Source: Hyphochytrium catenoides
Lineage: Eukaryota; Protista; Hyphochytriomycota
Direction of reading: 5' to 3'
Length of the DNA: 64,000 nt
Assembly: GCA_900088475.1 (NCBI GenBank)
Contig: FLMG01000171.1
Location: 1 to 64,000 of the forward strand
Every line of letters begins with the position of its first letter. The stretch's first letter is position 1. Below, piece by piece: positions 39,368 through 51,857 of the stretch. A program made the translations under genes and the position numbers. The notes beneath the pieces are model-generated. The model saw only the letters and a list, made by a program, of their open reading frames with translations, was not told the origin of the DNA and did no database searches.

Positions 39368-39598
39368 AAGCGTTAAAAGTCCTCGAAGGTGAGGTTGGGG
39401 TCAGAGAGACGGAGTTCGGCTTGAGGTCGCACGTATTGATAGAAGGCACGATGAAGGCCCGCTAGAATGAGACGCATCTTGCGGGCAGGAGTGAGTGTTA
39501 TCTGGTCTTTGCCGCTAGCTGCAGTGAGGAGATCGAGCTTGTAGATGGCGTACTGGGGGACTGGGATTGGGACTCAAGGGAGCCCGGGGTCATTCTAG
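39368..39598 (-). repeat. Inverted partial copy of the retrotransposon gag remnant
   Basis: 39368..39547 is the reverse complement of 40229..40409 (high identity, few indels); 39579..39598 matches 40019..40038 inverted. Confidence 0.92.
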
Positions 39599-39864
39599 GA
39601 GGGCAGGAGGGGTAATAGCCTGAGAAGATTGGTTGTCGGAAGTCTGGCTTGTAGAGGTTAGGGAGGAGGGAGGGTCATCGGATCAGGCATTGATGGTGGC
39701 TCTCTTCTTGAAGAGGCGAACGGAACTCACAGGCGTAACATGATGAAGCTTTGAGGACACGAAAGTCCAACGACCCCAATGCTATCAATCACCATCATTA
39801 TCAGCTCTACAAGAGCCTCGCCTCGCCGGTCACATCGCAAGAGTAAGACCAACAGCCCGTCAAT

Positions 39865-40873
39865 TTGCCCGGCCAACGGCCCAAGCGCAATCATGTACCC
39901 AAAAGGAAGCCCCTAACGAAGCCCTCCGTTCCTCCACCTACGCAGGCCCATAGGCCATCAGTACGCCACACGCAGCAAGGACCTCCCCCAGCCTACGCCG
40001 GCAGTCTTTCCAACCGCTCTAGAATGACCCCGCGCTCCGTTGAGTTCCAACGCCGTCTGGTAGACACAGCCCGTGTCTGGCTCCGCTCCCGCCCCGAGTC
40101 TGAGCGGCTCACTTATGCCTCCTTCTGCGCGGTCTTCGACTTGGGCCCATAATCTGCGCTTTATCACCGTCTTTGAGCGCGCAGCAAGAATACCGCCAAC
40201 GATAGCCAACGCCAGTCTTCTAGTACATCATCCACAAGCTCGATCATCTCCTCACTGCAGAGCGGCGAAGACCAGATAACACTCACTCCTGCCCGCAAAA
40301 TGCGCCCCCTTCTAGAGGGCCTTCATCGTGCCTTCTATCAATACGTGCGACCTCAAGCCGAACTCCGTCTCTCTGACCCCAACCTCACCTTCGAGGACTT
40401 TCAACGCTTTTTTCTTCAAGAAGAACTCGCTTACCAGCGAGAGCGAGGCTTAACCATCGTCCTCATCCTCGCGACTTGCCACGCAACGCTGGGCCACGCC
40501 ACCCCCAACCTCGCAGGCCGCCAATCAGTAACCCCAGCCGCCCACCCCAGGCCCTTGTCCTCCCTGTGGAGTCCCGAAGTACTGGGCGAGCAAGTGCTGG
40601 AACCCTTCCAACCACTATGATCCAGAGCCCAGCGGTCGGCCCCCGCCTGAATCGTCGCCAAGGTCCTATTACTAATGGCGCTTCTGCCACCCTTTATCCA
40701 ACCGACTCTTCTGCTTATATCCCTCTTCACCCTTCCCACACTATTCTCTTGACACCATCTTTGGAGCTGTGAAGGGCACCCTCGCCACCCTTGGCGTCGA
40801 CTCCGGCGCCTCAGTTAACGCTGTCTTCCTCGATTGGCTTCAGCAGCACCGCATTGACTACGACGCACTATAG
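39865..40873 (+). mobile_element. Degenerate LTR-retrotransposon (Ty3/gypsy-like) gag-protease fragment
   Basis: C-rich broken ORFs (39865..40152, 40300..40620, 40476..40772) followed by FGAVKGTLATLGVDSGASVNAVFLDWLQQHRI, a retropepsin D-S-G catalytic motif at about 40799. Stops and frameshifts are present; no RT, RNase H or integrase follows. Confidence 0.75.
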
Positions 40874-42229
40874 ACCTCCCAGAAGTTTGACCGCTCCACT
40901 TCGCCCAATATTATTGGAGAGGACTACTATTGATAGAGTCTCACTAGACTAGAGAAGCGAGGAGGTGGACAGCGATTGATGAGAGAAGGACAGAAGAGAG
41001 AAGAAGCTGCTAAGAGGAATCCTATTGAGAGAAAGCTTGTCCAGTAGCACGTGATAAGTAGCAACTCTGGCACATGGTCCAGACAGAGACCTGCTGATGA
41101 GACAGGTGAATTCCAATCAGAAGCGCCACAGAATGACTTTGATAAGCAAACGCTTCTTATTAGTGGGAAGATGAGATAGCGTCATGCTTGGGAGCTGTAC
41201 ACGTCGGCCACGCTCCAAAAATTTCTGACACTTTCGGCGAGTTGGATTAGAGATGATCGTCGTTATCCTGACTCGGCCGGGCTGTCAGGATCCGGAAAAA
41301 GTAGATCTTTGGGAGCCTGGGTCGCAGTAGATGGAGAGGTGACGATAAGAGCGATGCCTTGCACTGGCACTTCTTCAGACTCGATCTGGTTCTGTGCTTC
41401 TCTTGTCCGAGATGGCAAGGGGCGCGGCTTTAGGTTCTGATGATGACCATGATAGAACTAGTCAGAAGAGTCCAGAAGAAGAGTCAGAGATTGGCATGAG
41501 TGCTTTGGGTCTCGATCCTTGGCGTTAGCGGTAGAGCTTTCCTTGCCGTTAGCGACGCTGCGATAAGGTGCCTTATTTATTCTGCTCGTAACAAAGCCTT
41601 GCTGCTGGAAGAGTGGAGTAGAAGATCAAACTTTTTCGGTAACGTCTAACTGTAGGGAGCACTTATTATCAGTCCTGTTGTACATGTACCTTGCTGTACG
41701 GTTGTGTACAGCACAAGCCAAAATTGATGTCCACCTACTCCTGGAGGAGTATCAGGAACCTTTTTATAGAGCTACAGTAGTAGGGAAGTAGGGAACACAC
41801 TTCTTCTTGACGTTGTGGTGCAGAAGTGGAACGGAACAGAGAATGCGGACCTGCAATAGCTCCTGCCGCCCACAGCGCTGGGCTGACAGTCAAGCTCAAG
41901 AGCTCAAGTGGTCTCACTCTAGGCTCTGGCTCCACTATTCTTGAGCTTGATCAACTGGAAGGTGGCGATGGACATAGGACGTGACAGTTTTCCTGCGAAC
42001 TCGCCATAATCAGTCTGTTCGACTATCCCGTGAAAGCAAGAAATGCAGATCAATCGTAGATGATGGGGGTCTCTACAGTTCAAAGCAGGCTTTCTTTCTT
42101 GTGAAGTAGCGTGCTGGACGCCAAAAGAGTAACAGAACTCTGCAAGAGAATAGCATTCTAGTAGATCGGGGAACCAGTCCACGACTTGCGGTCGAAGAGG
42201 CCCTTGTAGGGGACGGGCACCCTCACACG

Positions 42230-43500
42230 ATGGCCACCCGGCCTTCACCACCAAAACCTTGGGAACAAGGATCGAATACCGCATCTTCGACCGCAGGCCG
42301 GGTCCTTTCAAGACCTCCAGTCACGAATGCCAGTGCACGAGCTACATCAAGTTCCCAAGCGCTACCTTCAAGTACAGGCGCTGCAAGCCTTCCAGTCGCC
42401 GTAAGCTCTGGCACCGGTCCGGCAGCGGGCGCAAACTCTCAGGGCTCGACTTATGGTTCCAGCGCCTTAAATACAAGTACCGCCCGGCCAGGAAGCACCG
42501 CAGACTCTCGTTTATACAGTGGTACCGGTTATGGCGGATATAACTCTGGCTATCAATCGACTTATGGGGGTGTGGGTGGCTACGGCGGCTACGGGTCCAG
42601 CTTGGGCAGTGGCTATGGCGGTTATGGCTCTGGCTATGGAGGATATGGTGGCTATGGAAGCAGTTACGGGGGATACGGAGGATATGGTGGGTACGGAATG
42701 CCCAGCCGCTTTGGTATGGGGGGCGGACAGTTTGGAGGCATGATGGGCCCTCCTGGGCCTGAAATGGGCCCTGGTGGATTTTTGCAAAGCTTAGTAAACC
42801 TTTCGACTTCGTTTGGACAGATAACTGAGGTGAGGAGCAGCCGTCAATGGCCAATACATATGGCACTAGCTCAACACATTCGCTTCGTGATACATTTCAG
42901 GTTCTAGGGATGAACGCTGAAGCTCTAAATTTCTTGGTAAGCAGTGTGATGGGGCTTGTAGACAGATTTGGCTTTGTAGCAGGTGGATTGGCAGGCTGGT
43001 TAGCTCCAAAGCCTCTGCAGTATGAACCTGGCCACCCTCTGCATGGTACGGCTCACGCGTTATATCATTTGACTTCCCTGATAGAGACCTCTCCCTTACC
43101 TATTCTTCATAGACTCGTTACTCTTCTTTTGTGGTTGTCCCGCTTCACGTGGCCCTCCATTGATGAAAGGACTTCCATTGACGCTCCCTATTCTTCTACC
43201 TACCGTTTTGAGGTGCATCCTCTTGCTATATTCCCGCTCAACAGTGTCGAAGACTTCAACATAGTCTAACTCGTTGACGCTGCAACAGGGCAAGAACCTT
43301 CGCCTGAGGAGGAAGAGGCACGCCTTAGGCGCGTCAGAGCAGTTAGAGTAGTTGTTGCTATCGCAGTCTTTTATTTTATTTATAGGAACTTCGGCCCTGG
43401 CACTATCCTGCGCTGGCTTAGAGGGAGAAAAAAAGCAGCGCAGCGCCCTGCAATTTTGGACATGGAACAGATTTATGCGGCGAGTACGAGGTCGCTGTAA
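42230..43500 (+). CDS. PEX13: Peroxin-13 (YG-rich, apparently SH3-less), 3 exons
   Basis: N-terminal PPKPWE, long YGG/YGS repeats, amphipathic helix (FGQITE|VLGMNAEAL), hydrophobic segment VVVAIAVFYFIY; TAA at 43498-43500. Confidence 0.85.
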
Positions 43501-43611
43501 ATAGATACCCCAGGATAAGTCTTTGCTATCCTTTCGCACTCCTCGTTATGCTGTGTGGCTATGGTCCTTTTCTCCTAGGTTCCGCCCACTTGATACTCAA
43601 GCAAAAGTGGC

Positions 43612-44735
43612 TCATTTAAAGCCATTTTTCCTTTCTCTCAGCGTTGCCATCACCTCAACGAGCTCTTCAGCTCCGGCGTACTTCTTGACTGCGGGCACCG
43701 AGACCCGCATGAAAGGGTTAGTCTTCAGCTCGGAGTCAACTAGGGCAAGGGGTTAGCCTCATAAACAACCAACAACCAAAAGTAGCCTTCTTAAGCTCAC
43801 CCGTGGATGGAACAGTGGGCTTGTTTTGCTTCCTTAGCGCCTTGGCCCACTCCAGTTTGTCTTTTATGTCCTCATTATCTGGCTCTACCCTTAATGCAAA
43901 GCGAAGATTGGTCACAGTGTACTCATGACCACAATATACCTACAAGGGACACAAGACAGGGTGCTCAGGATCCCGTACTACTACGACGTTTTGAGAGATG
44001 AGTCACCTCAGTTGATCTAGGCAAAGACGCCACCATCTCATTAAGAGCTCTATGCATCTCTTCCGGCGTTCCCACAAAGAATCGACCGCAGCCCGCAACA
44101 AAGAGAGTATCGCCGGTGAATAGTTTGCCATCTACAAGATACTGCAGGACAAGTCAATACATCAAAATCTATGGCAAGGCTGTGGCATAATAGCGTGCAG
44201 CGCTTAGTGCTCTGTGACACCTTACTCACCAAGACGTGCCCTCGCGTGTGGCACGGTGTGAAGAGCACTTGAATCTACAGGGGTGTGTGGTGAGGTAGGC
44301 TATCAAGCAAACACGTAGAAGCAACCACGCCTTTCATTTCAACTTACGTTCAATCGGCCAACGCTGACGTGGTCGTTCTGACCGACTTCTCTAGTGACGG
44401 CCAAGACACCGTCGCCTTTGCCCCCGATGACCTCAACTCCGCCCTTGAGCCGCTCTACCATGTCTTTATTCCCACCGGCATGGTCGCTGTGTCCGTGGGT
44501 TGTTAGTATATGGGTTACCGTGACCTTCTCTTCACGTGCGGCATTCAAGACGCGATCTGCGTCCACTGGGTCCACAGCTGCAGCAACTCCTGACGGGAAA
44601 GATGTAGATGTTAGCAGAGTGTAGGGGCCTTCGCGCCGAACAGACGGGTTGCCAATGCCCACCATTGGAGTCGTCTATAATGAGGTACGAGTAATTGTCA
44701 CTCAGAACAGGAATAATACGAACTCTTGCAGCCAT
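43612..44735 (-). CDS. Hydroxyacylglutathione hydrolase (glyoxalase II)
   Basis: [29 protein letters not shown] (metallo-beta-lactamase HxHxDH), [43 protein letters not shown]. Confidence 0.95.
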
Positions 44736-45454
44736 TGTCGCAGGATACTAGGATAAACGTCGTGGTCCGGTAAGGCAGGAGCAATAGCAATGACCCCTTG
44801 AAGATCACCGGGTAGTGTCTGAGGCATACATGCACTTGAGAACACGGAAATATGAAGATCTTTGGAGCTTTAGAGAAGAGCGGAGCAGGATGCATCATAG
44901 AATAGAATCAGAACGAAGCTTCGCAAAATCTCCATCATTCCCAAACCCGCCCACGCCAGCATTCTGAATATGTAGATGTGATATTCTGGAGACCTTAAAC
45001 GGATTTGACAATTATCTTGAATGACGATCATTTGCGTCCGTTTTTGATGTTGACGAACAAGAATCTTTGCCAGTTCTGATTGTGCCAAGTGGAGCCTTGC
45101 CTTCTCCTGTCCTTGTTGACTGCAGTCCTAGGACAGAGACCAGTACGTAGAGACATTATTGGCGAGGCGCTATGGATTACTGTTCTGACTAAGAGCTTCT
45201 TCGGCTGGAGACGGCCTTAGGCCATGCTGGTGTTGGGCCAGTTCACTTGAGGACATGCTTCCCTTCTCACTCCTCGAACCACTGAATGCTCCGCAACACT
45301 ACCTGATTCGTGTTAGATGATGGCTCATAGAGACAACCATTTTGTCAGGGTTAATAGTTTAGATACAGCTACCATGGCCTGCTCGCAAGAGCTCAGCAGG
45401 GCATTTGGACTGGTCCCCTGTTGCTCGCATTTCTAGAGCCTACAAATAGGTTTC

Positions 45455-48400
45455 CTAAGCCAACAGGTCTGTGACGTCCGCATCTGCAAAGTCGTCGTCC
45501 TCTACCACTGTTCAGGTCTACAGGTTAGCAGATGCCCGAACCAGCAAGAAGAAAGCAGCCCTTACCTGGCTTCGCTGGCTGTTGTGCTATCTCTGGCCTT
45601 TTGCTAGTTTGCGGGCGGACCATGGGTGCTGGCGCCGTAGCTTTTGTGGGTACTGGCGATTCGGCCTTCTTCTGTGGTGACCCATTTTCCATGGTCATGC
45701 TTTGAGAGTGCCGCTCCGGCGAGGTCGGTTCAACAGGTGAGGGCGTTCTTGAGGCGTTAGCATCGTCGTCTGCTTGAGGGCGAGCAGGATAGCCTGTTCG
45801 ATCCAAACAAGCCGCAGAATGGTCTGTACTTTCCAAACACACGCTTAAATGTAACGCGACGTGAAACATACCTGGTGCTGTTACTCCTTGAGTCTTAGAG
45901 GCCACAACTTTCTCTAGCTTGACAAGCTGCTGCTGAAAGTGGTCATAAGGCTGGCCAAGATCTTTGCAGATTGCAACCAAGTAGCGAAGACCTTCGTGAA
46001 GGGTAAGCCAAGTCAGAAGGAATTCACCATGGAGTGGATGCGAAGCAGCGTCATAAGTGAAGAGAATGCGAGGGTGTGGAAGTAGCTACTGACGGACGGA
46101 CCATTTATATAAAGGTTCTAGAAATTAGAAGAGACAGAGAGGACAAAGAGAGAACTGGTGGAAAGACGGCAGGGCCAAAGATGTACCGATAAGCCAAACC
46201 CATCTTTTTAAAGGTGGAAAGGAATATTTGGACTGGCTTCCACTTACATTCAAGATTTTCGGGATACTCCTTATGGATCTCTTCATAGAGCTGCAGGGCC
46301 TTCTGATAGTTGCCCATCCGACGGTAGCAGCTTGTAACCATAAGCTTCCATTTCACTTCCTGTGGCTGAATCTCACTGGCCCTATGGAAGAACTGGATGG
46401 CCTTCTCATAGTACTCGCTCTTCACATACCAGACACCCAGCCACGATATGACGTCTAGGTTAACGGGGTATTGTCTATAACTCTCTAAGTGATAGTGGAA
46501 AGCCTGACTTTCGTCTTCGTCCTTGTTGAATATCTGTACCAGCGGGAGAGTTTTAGAAAGTGGCCTCGCTGGAGGACAGTCCACAGCCCTTGCATCAGGT
46601 AGTTAGCATACCTGGCCCAGCCTTGCGAGAATACCCGGATCGGCGACTGCTTTGTTGGTAGCGTAACACGAAAGAAGAATGTTGAACCACTTCTCCGCTT
46701 GCCGATAGTTGCCTAGCACATCATGTAGGTGTGCGATCTGTCATAGTACGTGCGGAGAGAAGATCAGACAAAAGGAAATCTACGAAGTTGGGCCCTGCTT
46801 GTTATTCTGACCTACCTGGTAGATCACCTCTGTGTTTGTGGGGATGATGCTGTGCAACTTTTCAAATGCCTGCAACGATTCGTTTACGATGCCCATTCGC
46901 TTGTTTACCAATCCGAGATTGTAGATCGCCTCCACGCAATCCGCTTCCACTCCGATAGCCTCCTACACAGTTAAGGATTAAGCCACCCTGACGCCATCAT
47001 CGCAGAAAGAAAGCTGGTCACGCACCAGGAACAACTCCTTTGCCCTCTCATAGTCAGAGTTGATATACAAGCAGTTTCCTTTGTTGACTAGTGCCTGGGC
47101 GTTGTACCGATCGTGCTTGACAGCCAGGTTAGCATACTTGTCAGCCTGCATGTAGTCACCCTCTAAGAAATAGAGGAAGGATAGGTTTGTCGCTGCCATG
47201 GCCTGAAGGGTTGGGTCTTTCTTTTCGAACGACTTGAGAACCTCGATGGCCTAGAATTACACCAGCGTCATGAGAATGATTAACTCTATTGGAAAAGTAA
47301 CAATCCTCCTAAGCGCTCGAATTTGCCGAGCTACCTGTTCGTAGTCTTTTTGCTTCAAATAATGCAGGGCCTTGCAGACCTCCAGTTCTGAGGCTATCTG
47401 CTCATGCTGTTGCTTCAGAGCTTCAATAAGAATATCGTATCCTGCAGCCCAGTCCTGCCTGTCGAGGGCCTGTTCCCCGCGGACGCGCATGACGCAATCG
47501 CTTAGTCAAAGATTCACATTTGGCACATCTCTCCTTTCTTTTCCTCCCTCTCGAGTCTCTTACTAAGTGCCCCTCTCGCGGCTCAGCTCTAGCCTTGTAT
47601 GTCCCTTTCGTGCGTACCGGTGCAATCATTTTCGCCGCTGTGATAGTGTAATTTTTTGTCTGCAAAGGTCAACGAGCGTCATGGGAGGGCATGCAGGATA
47701 TTACGAAAAGTTCTCGCAACGTACAATTTTCTGGCGCTCCTTAAGCTCTTGCTTCAGGCCATCTGGCTTCAGGTCAAGAAGAATATCCTCTTCCGCTTTC
47801 TTTTGGTCCTCTTCTTCCTCTGCAGCACCCTGGGCGCACATGCAAGCAGGAATAATACAACTCGTAAACTGAGTCACATTCCTTTGTCTAATAGGTTAAC
47901 ACTTACCGGCACGGGAATGCTAAGAAGCTTTGTAAAGCCTTTTCTCATTTTCTCGGCATCTCCCAGCGCATAGTAGCAAATTATGAGGTTGAAGCCTGCC
48001 TGGAAGTCGCCTTGTCCTTTCTGATCCTGCATGACAGACTCAAAAGATTGGATGGCATCTTGAAATTGTCCTAACCGCACGAAGGCTATTCCAATGTTCC
48101 TCATAATCTTTAACCGGAGTTCGTTGGCTGTACTTGGTATTTGATCTAACGCCATTCTGTACATCTTGATGGCATTGGGATACTTCTTTTGTTCAAAGTA
48201 GATGTTCCCCATGTTGACTCGGAGACGACCTGGTAAGTTGAGAGATTAGAAGGGACAAATATTAACAAGGTGAAGCTCCACGAACTTCCCACGTCAGAAA
48301 AGCAGAGAGCAAGAACGAGGGAACCCGCTCACAAAGATCGTGGCAGAGTGGGAGTAGGTAAGATTGACAGACCTGCTTGAGGATACTGCTTATTTTTCAC

Positions 48401-49333
48401 AATGGTCGTGTAGGAGTTAAGAGCTTCCTCATACATCTGGTTGAGATGATAGGAGTGCGCCAGATTAAAGTAGATGGCGTAAGTGAGGTCAAGATTAATC
48501 TGTTCGACAAGGCCCGTCTGCTCTCTGTGCTTTACAAGGGCTCGCTCCTTCTTGGCCTATAAGCATAAACGTCAGGGTGATCGTATGCTTCGTCAATAGG
48601 GTTTGGAGATCTATCACGTACCGCTTCCTTAGCCTTATCAAGGGCATCCCTGTTCTTACCCAGACTTGCAAGCTCTGCTGACTCTTCTAGCAGCTTGTTG
48701 ACCTGTGGAAACCCAAACAGAGAGAGACACACGTCACACATACAAGAGAACAACTTAAGAGGCCCGTTTGGTGCCATACGCACCTGTCGTTCCATCTCCT
48801 TGGCCTTCTCTTCTGGAGAGTTATCCTCCCGCTTCGCTAAGGGTGGCGCTGGGCCCTTACTAGACATTTTCAGGGGGTCGAAGTTTTTGGGTTTGTTCGG
48901 GTCCGACTGTCAGCAGTGATAGTTAGAGATTGAGCGCCAAACTGCAGGCTCATCATAGAGCTTACGGAAAATCCGGCTCCAGACACTGAGGTCATTGGCC
49001 GAGCCTCCGAGTTCTGTCCACCACCGGCTGTCATCATTCTTGACAGTGGCATTTGGGCCTGACCTGTCATAAGGCGGCCCATCTGTGAAGGCGGGGGCCT
49101 AACCATTGAAATGCGAGTGTTAAAGATAGACAACGTGGTTTCGTTTGCATGCCTTACTTGGCCGCAGTGCCTGGAGGGGCCCCCAGTCCCTGGTTTCCAA
49201 AGCCTTGGCGCTGTGCTGTGCGCGGAGGAGCGGCCGCACTTTTTGGAGGATTCGTGTCAATTGGATAGTCAAAATCATCATAAAGATCGTCCTTTCGGTC
49301 TTTCAGACTGCCGGAGAATAGCTTCTGGCTCAT
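45455..49333 (-). CDS. IFT88: Intraflagellar transport protein 88 (TPR protein), multi-exon
   Basis: MSQK..DDLYDDFDY, RPMTSVSGAGF, FDP..GPAPPL, RLRVNMGNIYFEQKKYPNAIKMYRMALDQIP, AATNLSFLYFLEGD, DRYNAQALVNKGN, QAFHYHLESYR, VKWKLMVTSCYRRMGNY, terminal DDFADADVTDLLA*. Confidence 0.96.
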
Positions 49334-51857
49334 GATCTAACCCTGGACGGATTGGAAAACCCTACTAAGCTCTAGATCTTGAGTTTAGATAGGAAGCCAC
49401 CGTCACTTCCTCCAGTGACCAGTTAGATATTGTCTGTTTTCTTGAGCAGGAGTGGCATTTGAAGATACCATTAATCAGTCTTGTCCTCCTGAACGAAGCC
49501 ACTAGCTGTGCTCTGCCTCTCTTTCCTATCAGCAGCTATAGCTCATCCTTCATCGGAACTCTTGCAGCCCACACCCTTCATCAGCTTCATGCATCACCCT
49601 CTTATAGTTCGTTAAGAGTCTGCAGATGGATGAGGCGCTGCACTTGCCGCTTCGCCGGCCAGCTCGCTTCCGATCAAAACAAACGACCAGAGACCAAAAA
49701 GAAAATTACCTTTCAACAAATCAGTAGTAATATGTCCTTCATCTGCCTCTAAGGCCCAAAGGATGAGCTTCGATCTGTAGTAGTAAGCGCGCTAGGTAAG
49801 AGGTAGGGGTGACGTTTCAGTACTTCAGTACCCGTAACAGCTTTCCTCGGTTGATTATCAGGGGATTTGAGCTATGATAACCTAATGTAAGAACTTCAAC
49901 TTGGACGGGGATGGAAGCTGATGATGGATGATGGAGCTCCTGCTGGTGCTGCTGTTGCTGCTGATGCCTGTCCTCATCATCATCTGGTGCGTGCTGCTAG
50001 GTTGGAGACTGAAGAAAAGACGATGCAGGAAGGGATTGAAGGGAGGTGGGCACGTGAGCTATTGATTGTTGGTAACATCACGCTGCTTCACATGGCGCTG
50101 AAAGCAAGGTGGCGAGAGCATGACATGAAGCCAGCTGCTGGTGGCAAGGAAGAAGACAGTGATTGACTTTGTTTATATCCACCTTGTGGTGCGCCAGGGC
50201 TCTGCGAAGAGTCTACCATACCATAACAGGCCAGAAAATCACGCTGCTACCGCCGAACCAGCTTTGCTCGATGAGAAAGGCCTCGTGTTGGGATTGGCGG
50301 TCACTGGAAATAGGTTAATGCTCTGTACTGCGTAGAGAGATGCATAATAATGTTCCTCCATACTAACGCCCAGTTGCCATCACATCTTCAAATAACAAGG
50401 TGTGGAATAAAACAGCCCACCAGCGAGGAGCATTGCTACATTACGCGGCCATCAGAGCCACTCAGTAGCAACGTTTAAGGTAGTGGACACCCTCAAAACC
50501 TTAAAGTAAGGTTGTGGAGATCCTGATCATCAATACATCCGACGGTAGAGTGACAATTGCAACTTGGCGCGGGCATCGACCTCTTCCTATCGACAGTGGG
50601 TTCGACGAAGCCGAGGTCTCAAACCACCAAGTGCTTACCATCAGGACAACCCGAGAAGGCTCGACCATGCTGCTTTCTGGTGTCCTCCGCCCTATCTAAT
50701 AGCTAGAGTCAGACTGCAGGCCATAGCAACAGCTGATGACAACCATCATTATTCTTTATGCCAATTTGATGCTGCCACTGAAACTGCTGCGCTTGGTAGC
50801 GTGACTGCCACGGATATAGTTGCTAGCGCCAGCACCATGCTATCATCAACATTCAGCTACCTAGGTGTGCGTTTACTTAGTGGTAGGCCGACCTAAGTCT
50901 CCTCCTTCCGAGGATCATATGGTCCCTAGTCTAACCAAAAGCAGGGCAAATGGTCAATGGCAGCAGATCCTCCTTATTGATTGATTGTTGTTGTTGATGA
51001 CTGACACGATCCCGCAAGAAGGGCCATCTTCTTCCAGTTACTATTGCACTTACTAAATCACACTCATGGTTACCACGAAGCCCCGGTAGTTTGATGGCGC
51101 AGGGCCTTGTCAACAAAGTTTGAAGCTGCAACGCCTCCCCACACAGACGTAACTTCTCATCTTATAAAATGAAAAAATTTTGGCAATCCAAGCTATGATT
51201 GGCGGAGGAACCTAACCATCATCAGAGAGTAATCTAATAAATAAATAAGCACTTGGTGGTGGAGCGCGAGTGAGAACTAACAACCTACTACCAGTTTCCA
51301 GAGCATTCCCATAGTTATAGCGCATCAGGCATCTATAAGTGAATAAAAGATGGATGGTGTAAGTCTAAGTGCTATCAGTATCAAGAGCTCGAGGTAGCAC
51401 GGACGAGCTAGCTGCTGCTGCAGCAGCTCAGAAATGCCGCCAACACGCTGACCCTCCTTCCTCTACAGTGGTATATACCAGAATAAATACCCGTATAGGA
51501 GATAATACTTCTCCTTATGTGGTAATAAACGCCTCTCCTCTCTCCAGCAGTACTACAAAAGCGCCAGATTCGCAAATTGCAATAATCTTCTTGCTCCTGG
51601 CGGTTCGAAGAGGCTGCTTTCTGGCTTCTTTATCTTCATTGAAGCTTACCTCCATAGAGCTCATGCCGACCTAAAGATGTCTGGAGATAAAGGTTAGAGA
51701 GAACCTTGTAACCGCTTAGAAAACTTGCATCTCCGCTTGGCTACCTTGAGTGATATCGGCATTGAGCATGGACCCAAGATGCGGGTCCGGCATGACTACG
51801 ACGAAAGATTGATACTCCTCAGAAAACCCTAAAGACTGGCATCTAAGTGCAGTCAAC

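Noticed and set aside
41090-41450. TGATGA words as C/D-box snoRNAs
   Set aside because: I could not establish terminal stems, properly spaced D boxes or rRNA-antisense elements; the word recurs upstream of many genes.
42515-42700. Repeat array (CRISPR-like or satellite)
   Set aside because: It is the coding YG-repeat of PEX13; I saw no repeat-spacer array in the window.
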